From a virus, in UHGV virus genome UHGV-0309262: DNA of 18,505 nt; one strand, 5' to 3'. Every line of letters begins with the position of its first letter. Position 1 is the stretch's first letter. The position numbers were made by a program, and so were the translations under genes. The notes under the pieces were generated by a model. The model saw nothing but the letters and a program-made list of their open reading frames with translations. It ran no database searches and was not told the DNA's origin. Positions 9,237-16,327 of the stretch are shown here, in pieces.

Positions 9237-9746
9237 ATGGTTAATGATACTTACGCCCCTGAGCTGTTGCGATCCCTTTTCCTGTACGACCCGGTGACAG
9301 GTCGCCTGCACCATAAAGCTAACCGACGCCGGGTTAAGGCTGGCTCCTGTGCTGACTCCACCCGTCGAGCTGATGGCTATCGTCAAGTTGCCCTGCGACT
9401 GGATGGCAAGCAGTACCAGCTAAAAGCCCACCGCGTGGCGTGGATTCTTGCGCATGGCGCTATTCCTGATGGTCTGCAAGTTGACCACATCAACGGTATC
9501 CGTGACGACAACCGCCTATGCAATCTGCGCTTGGTTACGCAGCGGGAAAACGACCAGAACCGACGCAGGGCAAAGGGTTGTAGCTGGAATAAGGGCTGTA
9601 GCAAATGGGAGGCTTACATTCGCGTTAATGGTGTACGCCATCACCTTGGCTTATTCACTAGCGAAGCGGCGGCGCGTGCTGCTTACCTGAAAGCAAAAGC
9701 CAGATACCATCCCTCGACCCCAGTCGATTTGTTAAATGCTGCTTAA
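9237..9746 (+). CDS. HNH endonuclease with AP2-like DNA-binding domain (169 aa)
   Basis: AHRVAWILAHGAIPDGLQVDHINGIRDDNRLCNLRLVTQRENDQNR matches the phage-type HNH_3 signature (H...DH.NG...DNR..NL......N). WEAYIRVNGVRHHLGLFTSEAAARAAY matches an AP2 domain. SD GGAGGGG 6 nt upstream. Confidence 0.7.
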   Translation: MVNDTYAPELLRSLFLYDPVTGRLHHKANRRRVKAGSCADSTRRADGYRQVALRLDGKQYQLKAHRVAWILAHGAIPDGLQVDHINGIRDDNRLCNLRLVTQRENDQNRRRAKGCSWNKGCSKWEAYIRVNGVRHHLGLFTSEAAARAAYLKAKARYHPSTPVDLLNAA

Positions 9747-9764
9747 ACTTTGGAGACGTAGTTT

Positions 9765-10199
9765 ATGGGGACTAAAAAGCAGGGTAGAGCAATCCGAGTG
9801 CTGCCAGATGATGACCCACGTCGCCAGCGGTACGCCGAACTGTTGGCGCAGGCTGGCCGGATGACTGTCCCCCGGTTGCATCCGGGAGACGCTAACAGCG
9901 TAATGAGCCAGCTCGCGACGATGCTTGGCGCACCAGTCCCGATAGTCGGCACTATGACGGAGCACGCCGCCGCATGGCGGACCTGCCTGCTGGAGCAAGG
10001 ACTTGGCGATCTGCTGGCTGGCTTGAGTAAGCAGGTACTGACCGTCTTCTTTCTGCTTTGCTGGAGAGACAGCGCCTTGCGGCAGGTTGGCAAGGAGCGG
10101 GAACGGCTTACGGCGGCCAGCGAAGGCTTGACCATTGAACAGTATCGGGCAATGCGCTCGGCTTACAGAGAGAATAAAGAAGATGATGACCACGATTAA
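9765..10199 (+). CDS. Hypothetical protein (144 aa)
   Basis: ORF with GGAGACG SD upstream of ATG 9765; in-operon position. Confidence 0.45.
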   Translation: MGTKKQGRAIRVLPDDDPRRQRYAELLAQAGRMTVPRLHPGDANSVMSQLATMLGAPVPIVGTMTEHAAAWRTCLLEQGLGDLLAGLSKQVLTVFFLLCWRDSALRQVGKERERLTAASEGLTIEQYRAMRSAYRENKEDDDHD

Positions 10200-10482
10200 A
10201 TTAAGGTGGCGGTACATCGATCCGCCGCCAATGGCTGGCGCACTCGCTGACCTGAAAGTGTGGGTAATGGATACCGGAGAGCCTGAGCTGGAAGCTGAAT
10301 TTCGTAAGCTGCTGGGGTTAATGCGCCGCAACGGTATCAGTGACGAACGCGTTAATGCGATGGCTGATGAGCTTTATGTTCTGGTACGGCAACGGCAGCG
10401 CGAAGAATACGAAGCCTGCAAGCGGGCTGCATCTGACAATGGAGACTTTGAATCATGGTTACACGGACAGACCAGCTACTAA
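10183..10482 (+). CDS. Hypothetical protein (~99 aa)
   Basis: ATG 10183 overlaps the end of the upstream gene. The 5' part of the track ORF (from 10135) overlaps that gene and is rejected. Confidence 0.4.
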   Translation: MMTTIKLRWRYIDPPPMAGALADLKVWVMDTGEPELEAEFRKLLGLMRRNGISDERVNAMADELYVLVRQRQREEYEACKRAASDNGDFESWLHGQTSY

Positions 10483-10883
10483 GAAAAGCTATGCGGGGCT
10501 ATCTGGAACACCTCGGCAACATGCCGTTGGCGGAACGGATTACAAACACTGCTGCATTCGAAGATGTGTATCGCTTCCTGTTGAATGGTTCCGGGCGTCT
10601 GGAGCTGCGTCGTGCTGATGTGGCCGCTGTCCGTTTCTTCTTGTGGAATTATCAATACCGCCGCTGTGCGGTGACAGGTAAGCCGCTGCGCCTTACGTCT
10701 GCCGTATTAGATCACTGCCACCGAACCGGGCGCGTGCGTGCTGTGGTGCATCGCTCTGCTAACGCTGCTGAGGGTGGCTACCATGCTGGGCGTTTGTGTG
10801 GGCTGTCGCCTAGCAGCATGAACGCGATGCTGGCGAGCTACCGCCAACAAAACCAAGGGCTGGGCGTTGTTTATCCGGGGTGA
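10455..10883 (+). CDS. Endonuclease VII-like (Holliday-junction/branched-DNA nuclease family) protein (142 aa)
   Basis: C-terminal CAVTGKPL...LDHCHRTGRVRAVVHRSANAAEG matches the Endonuclease_7 pattern (C..C...DH.H.TG.VR.....N...G). GGAGA SD upstream of ATG 10455. Confidence 0.6.
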   Translation: MVTRTDQLLRKAMRGYLEHLGNMPLAERITNTAAFEDVYRFLLNGSGRLELRRADVAAVRFFLWNYQYRRCAVTGKPLRLTSAVLDHCHRTGRVRAVVHRSANAAEGGYHAGRLCGLSPSSMNAMLASYRQQNQGLGVVYPG

Positions 10884-10895
10884 TGAGTTCTCGCT

Positions 10896-10917
10896 GCGCC
10901 GGGTTTGCACCCGGCAC
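10896..10917. terminator. Putative bidirectional hairpin between convergent transcription units
   Basis: GCCGGGT-TTGC-ACCCGGC stem-loop in the 55-bp gap between the plus-strand operon (ends 10883) and the minus-strand R gene (ends 10939). Weak U-tract. Confidence 0.3.
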
Positions 10918-10938
10918 AAAAGATGTTTAGCCCACTAG

Positions 10939-12015
10939 TCAGTGGGTTACGCAGTTTTCCATAAACGCATTAAGGAATTGATCTGTAATTCCTTGTGGTT
11001 TGCGTCGTTCACAAAGAGAATACAATTCTTCGACTGCTGAGTACGGGAAGAATTTTGTGTCCAGCTCTCGGAATTGCGGCATATTCGCAAACTCAATGAC
11101 TTTAGCACGATATTCATCGGGGGCTACGATTGTCCATCTGATATCTTGAAGCCGTGGGGCATAGTCACAAAAATTCTTCATCCGGGTTAACCCGCTTTTA
11201 ATCCCAGTGCTGTGCTCAATTTCCATCACGGCGGGCATTAATTTTCCATTTCTAAACCAAATGCAATCTATTAGTTTTGCACCGTCAATGGCCTCGCTGT
11301 ACGAGCTTAATACCTTTTCATTTGAGAGGCTATCAATTACCCCATCCATTTGAGCAATGACTTTTCCGTTATATTTAAGTCCGCGATCATTAGCTGCCAC
11401 CCATGTTCTGTAGCCTAAGTGGTGGCCGATTTTTACTAATGCAATCTGGATTTGTGCATGTCTTCTTGATTCTTCAATCGACATGCCCTCAACTGGGCGG
11501 ATCGTTTCCAGATCAACGCTTTGATATACAACCTCTGTTTTCATCTCTGATATTACAATATTAGCTTTGTATTCAGAGAGCTTACCGTTTTCGTGTGGCG
11601 AATTGGGTAAGTACACAAGATGCTTGTGGCCTTTCTTTACCGTCTGTTTAGTGTTAATAACTTCTAAACGGTCGAGTTTACACCAATAAAATTGCGGTGT
11701 GTGTGCAAGTAAACTCTCAATAACGGAACGGGAGTTATAGCTTGCACCAAGCACTCTATCTAAATTGATAGGTGCATCCTCTTGAATTGCATTAGCCAAA
11801 CGCCAAAGCATCTGGCTAGAGATGCTGTCTATTTTTGCATCTTTAAGCGTCTCGCCTTTGGTCGGATTAAAACGCTTAAAGCGTATCGGGCCTTGTGGTG
11901 ACTTAATCGAGTCGACGACAATCTTCCCAGCATTACTTTCATTCACATAATCAAACTGCCTGTTTTTGGGCAGGTTGGCTATCGCATTCACAAGATTCAT
12001 TGCTGTCAAATTCAT
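10939..12015 (-). CDS. Putative type II restriction endonuclease (358 aa), cognate to the adjacent methyltransferase
   Basis: Immediately downstream of, and overlapping by 65 nt, a C5-cytosine methyltransferase gene on the same strand. Similar low GC. AGGGA SD upstream of ATG 12015. The function is inferred from position only; no catalytic motif recognised. Confidence 0.5.
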   Translation of the reverse strand: MNLTAMNLVNAIANLPKNRQFDYVNESNAGKIVVDSIKSPQGPIRFKRFNPTKGETLKDAKIDSISSQMLWRLANAIQEDAPINLDRVLGASYNSRSVIESLLAHTPQFYWCKLDRLEVINTKQTVKKGHKHLVYLPNSPHENGKLSEYKANIVISEMKTEVVYQSVDLETIRPVEGMSIEESRRHAQIQIALVKIGHHLGYRTWVAANDRGLKYNGKVIAQMDGVIDSLSNEKVLSSYSEAIDGAKLIDCIWFRNGKLMPAVMEIEHSTGIKSGLTRMKNFCDYAPRLQDIRWTIVAPDEYRAKVIEFANMPQFRELDTKFFPYSAVEELYSLCERRKPQGITDQFLNAFMENCVTH

Positions 12016-13090
12016 CTTTTATCCCTAAATGCTCTAATATAGATTTTGCTATTCCGAAGGCTGCAAGGTAAGGAACACCATTACCAACAGTTTTGAACAT
12101 ATTTGAAAGAGTCATATAAGATGGCAATTCAAACTCTTTCGGCAAAGACTGAATGGCAAGCGCTTCTGCAACTGTTATTCTGCGTGGCTTATATGGATGT
12201 AAATGAACCTCGTTATTACCATAAGCAGCAGTCGGCGAATATCTCCAGCGGTGGAGGCGCTTGTAAGATTTTTTACTATCGTCACCTTCTGCAACAGCCT
12301 TGAAGCGTACTAATCCAGCTCTGGCCGTAAATACATGCTTCGCGTTCACATGTTCAGAAACATTATTTTTCTTAAACCAGTAATCAACAGTTAATTCTTG
12401 TGGGAGTGACTCTGGCATTGCAAGTGTAGAGTCCTCGGAAAATTCATTTGTTGTTGGCCAACTGTAACTAAAGGCATTACGATCCGGGTATAATCTGCCA
12501 CTCCAATTAAATGACTTGGCTAGTCTCTTACTTTGGAAACCCAATAGAATAATGCGCTCTCGGTCTTGCGGAGCACCGTATTCAATCGAATTAATCAACC
12601 TTTCATGAAGAGTGTAACCCACATCCATCAACTGCTCTTTGAGATGCTCAAAAAACTCGCGATGCTTGAGTGTGCGATATAACCCCTTGACGTTCTCGAA
12701 CAAGAAGAAGTCAGGTTTCATCTCTACAATTATATCAATGTAGCTTTGGGACAGCTTACCATTCTCCCCATCGCGCCCTTTGTTTTTGCCCGCAACGGAG
12801 AAGTCGGGGCAAGGTGGGCCACCAATGAAGCCAATCAGTCTTTTTTCTTTCTTGAGTGTTTTAATAGCGTCTTTCAACTGCTTGTGATCAACTTCCTCTA
12901 TGCTCTTTTCGGCATAGCCAAAACGAGGGATAGGCTTGTTCATTACCGCACGCGAGTGCTTGTAAGCATCCATAAACGGCGGGTGAAATTCATTCACAAA
13001 AACCACTTCGTAGCCTGAGTTTTCAAAGCCAAGGTCTAAAAAGCCTGAGCCGGAAAAGAAAGAGAAGATGGCGGGTTTAAGTGTGGACAT
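11951..13090 (-). CDS. DNA (cytosine-5)-methyltransferase (379 aa)
   Basis: C5-MTase motifs in the expected order: motif I FSGSGF (F-x-G-x-G), motif IV GGPPCP (the catalytic Pro-Cys), motif VI ENV (FLFENVKGL), motif VIII QDRER, motif X GNGVP near the C-terminus. Confidence 0.8.
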   Translation of the reverse strand: MSTLKPAIFSFFSGSGFLDLGFENSGYEVVFVNEFHPPFMDAYKHSRAVMNKPIPRFGYAEKSIEEVDHKQLKDAIKTLKKEKRLIGFIGGPPCPDFSVAGKNKGRDGENGKLSQSYIDIIVEMKPDFFLFENVKGLYRTLKHREFFEHLKEQLMDVGYTLHERLINSIEYGAPQDRERIILLGFQSKRLAKSFNWSGRLYPDRNAFSYSWPTTNEFSEDSTLAMPESLPQELTVDYWFKKNNVSEHVNAKHVFTARAGLVRFKAVAEGDDSKKSYKRLHRWRYSPTAAYGNNEVHLHPYKPRRITVAEALAIQSLPKEFELPSYMTLSNMFKTVGNGVPYLAAFGIAKSILEHLGIKDEFDSNESCECDSQPAQKQAV

Positions 13091-13225
13091 TTTTTACCTA
13101 TTGCTGATCATTAAGACATGCGAAAACGCCCCTGCATCTTAACAGATGAGGGGGTCATTGCAACGGATTGCGGGGAGCTGTAGCGATGAGCTGGCTCAGA
13201 TGAACGATTCAAACATCCATTAAAT

Positions 13226-14434
13226 TTAAAGGGCTATTTGATGGTTCACAAACTCCACGTAGCGTGATAGTTCGGCTGGGGCTGCTGCGTTTTTCGAATA
13301 TGTTTTGAAGCTCTCCGTGTTACCTCGCTCATGGCCGACGAGCAGGGCAATGCGATCCTCTGGCACTTGAGCACGGTCGAGCTGTTGCACAAACGCATGG
13401 CGGAGTGAATGAAACACTTTTCTCTCTGCGGCAGGCTCGCCAAGAGCTTTACGCTTTGCTCGCGTGAATTGTTGCGTATGCCACGTTGAGCGCTTCCCAT
13501 CGGCCCGGTCTGTAATAGATGCGTGATAGAACAGAAAACCGCTATGTGTGGTTTTGAGCAATGATTTCATGAGGGGGATTAACTTGCTGTGTACAGGGAC
13601 AATTCGCGCTGCGCTCTTAGTTTTCCCCTCGGTGATCTCAAAGCACAATATCCCCTCGATAGTTTTAATGCTGCTTTCACGTAGCGTACATATCTCATTG
13701 ATCCGCATACCGCTGTATGCACCAATAGCCGTTACCGCCTTCATCTCATCATCAAGCAAAGCATAGACCTTTGCCAGCTCACCCGGTGCGAAGACTTCAT
13801 AGCTGACCTTGCTGCTTTTTGCTTCGAGCGCATGACCGCGCCAAGGATTGTCTTGTGGCGCATCGTGATAGCGATTGCGTGCCAGATCCCATATCTGCGC
13901 CAGTGCGCTTATATAGTTTTGAATAGTTTGGGGCGCTCGCTCAGTTTTGAGCTTATCTAACCAGCCTGTAACTATGGTTCGGTTAATATCCCGCAACTGA
14001 ACATCTTTCTTTTTCAGGTGGGTTAACAGCACCTCTACGGCTTTGTTGGTCTTAGATAGCGTTGTTAGCTTTCTCTTCTCGCTGTATTGGAGAAGATACA
14101 GATCGCGCATTTTAAGTAGGGAGGGGCAAGCCTGAACCGATGCACCAAATGATGCGGGGGCTTCCTTGGCATATACACTGACACGGCGTAGCTCATCAAT
14201 GATTTGATCGACGGATGAGCCGCCTTGCGGTTTTAGCAGATTCCGTAAGCGAGTCCATTCCAGAGCAATAGCATCGCGAAACAAACGCGCTTGCCGTATG
14301 TCGCGTGTCCCTGTGCTTTTCATAAAGTAGCGCTTCCCTTGGAACAGGTGACGCATATAGCTGGGGATAGCTATCCGCACGAGGTAATTACCGCAGGGAT
14401 CTAAAACTAGATAACGATCTCTCTTGAAACTCAT
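13226..14434 (-). CDS. Tyrosine recombinase / phage-type integrase of the inserted element (402 aa)
   Basis: C-terminal catalytic signature: R in YSGMRINEI, HSLRHAF (H-x-x-R box), LLVGH, and the nucleophile Y in TESFKTYSKN. Lies next to the right direct repeat. Confidence 0.8.
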   Translation of the reverse strand: MSFKRDRYLVLDPCGNYLVRIAIPSYMRHLFQGKRYFMKSTGTRDIRQARLFRDAIALEWTRLRNLLKPQGGSSVDQIIDELRRVSVYAKEAPASFGASVQACPSLLKMRDLYLLQYSEKRKLTTLSKTNKAVEVLLTHLKKKDVQLRDINRTIVTGWLDKLKTERAPQTIQNYISALAQIWDLARNRYHDAPQDNPWRGHALEAKSSKVSYEVFAPGELAKVYALLDDEMKAVTAIGAYSGMRINEICTLRESSIKTIEGILCFEITEGKTKSAARIVPVHSKLIPLMKSLLKTTHSGFLFYHASITDRADGKRSTWHTQQFTRAKRKALGEPAAERKVFHSLRHAFVQQLDRAQVPEDRIALLVGHERGNTESFKTYSKNAAAPAELSRYVEFVNHQIAL

Positions 14435-14567
14435 ACAAACCCCGGTTATGTTGTCGGGGCTTTTTCATGGCTAAACAGTCTGTGAAATGTGCCGGGGTTA
14501 TGAGCTTTAGTCTCGCTGGTTCAATGATTTAACAATGATTCTTGAAGCAAGCTAAGCCGCCTAAACC

Positions 14568-14598
14568 CGTGCCGGTTCGAGTCCGGCCTTCGGCACCA
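14568..14598. repeat. attR core: displaced original 3' end of leuX
   Basis: Identical 31-bp copy of tRNA positions 110..140, located ~165 bp upstream of the P4-like integrase where an intact leuX would normally sit. Confidence 0.8.
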
Positions 14599-14710
14599 TT
14601 AGTACTTCCAAGACCATCCGAGAAAGTCCAATTATTCCTTAAAAATCAATGATTTAAGCGATTTTTACGTCCTGAGTCGTCCGAGGTTGTCCGTTGAAAT
14701 CCGGATGTCA

Positions 14711-14764
14711 TTGGGGGCATAATTGGGGGCATCTTAACTTCGATTAGAAATGTGCCCCCAAATG
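14711..14764. promoter_or_regulatory. Direct and inverted repeats of a TTGGGGGC motif upstream of and overlapping the intB start; putative integrase operator or arm-type site
   Basis: TTGGGGGCAT (14711..14720) and TTGGGGGCAT (14723..14732) are direct repeats. Their reverse complement GCCCCCAA sits at 14753..14760, overlapping the start codon. Confidence 0.3.
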
Positions 14765-16027
14765 AAGCTCAACGCCAGACAGGTCGAGACCGCAAAGCCA
14801 AAAGACAAAACCTATAAAATGGCCGATGGCGGCGGTTTGTATCTCGAGGTTTCGGCCAAGGGTTCTAAATACTGGCGCATGAAATACAGACGCCCCTCAG
14901 ACAAAAAAGAGGATCGCCTCGCTTTTGGTGTTTGGCCTACTGTGACGCTTGCTCAGGCAAGAGCAAAGCGCGACGAAGCTAAAAAGCTGTTAGTGCAGGG
15001 CATTGACCCAAAAGCCGAACTGAAAGAAGCTCAGGCCGAGAATTCGGGGGCATATACTTTCGAAACCATTGGCCGTGAATGGCATGCCAGTAACAAGCGC
15101 TGGAGTGAAGACCATCGATCACGCGTTCTTCGCTATCTTGAGCTTTATATCTTCCCTCATATCGGTTCGTCCGACATTCGCCAGCTCAAAACTAGCCACC
15201 TGTTAGCCCCGATTAAAAAAGTTGATGCCAGTGGAAAGCATGACGTCGCTCAGCGCTTGCAACAGCGCGTTACGGCCATTATGCGTTATGCCGTACAGAA
15301 CGATTACATCGACTCAAATCCAGCCAGTGATATGGCCGGTGCGCTATCGACAACCAAAGCGCGGCACTATCCTGCTTTGCCCTCTAGCCGCTTCCCAGAG
15401 TTTCTTGCTCGTCTTGCTGCATATCGTGGCCGTGTAATGACACGGATCGCGGTCGAGCTTTCCTTACTCACTTTTGTACGTTCCAGTGAGTTACGTTTCG
15501 CGCGTTGGGATGAATTCGACTTCGATAAATCTCTTTGGCGTATACCGGCAAAACGAGAAGAAATTAAAGGCGTGCGTTACTCGTATCGTGGCATGAAAAT
15601 GAAAGAGGAGCATATTGTTCCTCTCAGTCGGCAGGCGATGGTTTTATTAGAGCAGCTCAAGCAAATTAGTGGTGATAAAGAGCTGCTGTTCCCGGGAGAT
15701 CATGACGCAACTAAGGTTATGAGTGAAAACACGGTAAACAGTGCATTGCGTGCAATGGGATATGACACGAAAACTGAGGTCTGTGGGCATGGGTTCAGAA
15801 CGATGGCGCGTGGTGCTATGGGTGAGTCAGGGTTGTGGAGTGATGACGCGATAGAGCGACAGCTGAGCCATTCAGAACGTAATAACGTGCGTGCAGCTTA
15901 TATTCATACTTCTGAGCATTTGGATGAGCGACGTTTAATGATTCAGTGGTGGGCTGATTATCTTGATGAGTTAAATAATAATTACATTACTCCATTTGAT
16001 TTCGCTAAAATACAAAAAAATTATTAA
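14762..16027 (+). CDS. intB: P4-family tyrosine integrase (421 aa)
   Basis: N-terminus MKLNARQVETAKPKDKTYKMADGGGLYLEV is the hallmark P4-like integrase arm-binding signature (AKPK..Y...DGGGLYL). Typical position just downstream of the leuX 3' end. The in-frame ATG at 14750 is an alternative start. Confidence 0.85.
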   Translation: MKLNARQVETAKPKDKTYKMADGGGLYLEVSAKGSKYWRMKYRRPSDKKEDRLAFGVWPTVTLAQARAKRDEAKKLLVQGIDPKAELKEAQAENSGAYTFETIGREWHASNKRWSEDHRSRVLRYLELYIFPHIGSSDIRQLKTSHLLAPIKKVDASGKHDVAQRLQQRVTAIMRYAVQNDYIDSNPASDMAGALSTTKARHYPALPSSRFPEFLARLAAYRGRVMTRIAVELSLLTFVRSSELRFARWDEFDFDKSLWRIPAKREEIKGVRYSYRGMKMKEEHIVPLSRQAMVLLEQLKQISGDKELLFPGDHDATKVMSENTVNSALRAMGYDTKTEVCGHGFRTMARGAMGESGLWSDDAIERQLSHSERNNVRAAYIHTSEHLDERRLMIQWWADYLDELNNNYITPFDFAKIQKNY

Positions 16028-16038
16028 TATTTACATGG

Positions 16039-16062
16039 AAGGGCTGAAAGAACAGCCCTTCT
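16039..16062. terminator. Bidirectional rho-independent-type terminator between intB and the convergent AT-rich locus
   Basis: Perfect 9-bp stem GAAGGGCTG / CAGCCCTTC with loop AAAGAA, flanked by T-rich sequence on both strands. Confidence 0.5.
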
Positions 16063-16070
16063 AATATATT

Positions 16071-16327
16071 TAATTATTTTTCAGTAATCCTTTATCTTCT
16101 AATTCTGTATAGATAGCTAGCGGTAATTTTAAGGAATCATAATCATTATTCCTTAACCATTCCTTCGCCGCACTTACCGAAGGGTTTGAGTTTGGAATGA
16201 TATTCTCTAGATACGATGCTGTAATTCTAGATAACCCTAGTTCGATGAATACTTGCCCTGCGATAGATGAAACCCCTAGTTCAAGTGATAATGGAAAATC
16301 ATAGATTTCTTCAGATTTTTTTCTTGG
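16071..16327 (-). other. Start-less 84-codon open frame overlapping the helicase 3' end; possible frameshifted C-terminal extension or gene remnant
   Basis: My translation of the minus strand gives ...KSEEIYDFPLSLELGVSSIAGQVFIELGLSRITASYLENIIPNSNPSVSAAKEWLRNNDYDSLKLPLAIYTELEDKGLLKNN* with no ATG, GTG or TTG. It is in the -1 frame relative to the helicase and begins at an A7 tract (plus-strand T7 at 16306..16312). Confidence 0.3.

Larger units (their letters stand above)
110..14598. mobile_element. Integrative element (~14.4 kb genomic island or satellite-like element) inserted into the 3' end of leuX
   Basis: Bounded by 31-bp direct repeats of the tRNA 3' end. Contains a tyrosine integrase next to the right repeat, a serine recombinase, a helicase, phage-type nucleases and an R-M module. 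Sits between leuX and the P4-like integrase that normally abuts leuX. Confidence 0.7.

Noticed and set aside
5211-10331. Minus-strand ORFs within the plus-strand operon (5387..5926, 5892..6341, 6825..7520, 7673..8007, 8639..9001, 9732..10331 and others)
   Set aside because: All are antisense to tightly packed, translationally coupled plus-strand genes, and none has a ribosome-binding site or a recognisable motif.
12103-13018. Plus-strand ORFs of 66 and 90 aa opposite the methyltransferase gene
   Set aside because: Antisense to a gene with complete C5-methyltransferase motifs; judged to be chance ORFs.
14750-14764. Alternative integrase start at ATG 14750 (MCPQMKLNAR...)
   Set aside because: P4-family integrases typically begin close to the AKPK motif, so ATG 14762 (MKLNARQVETAKPK) was preferred. 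Neither start has a good Shine-Dalgarno sequence, so this remains uncertain.
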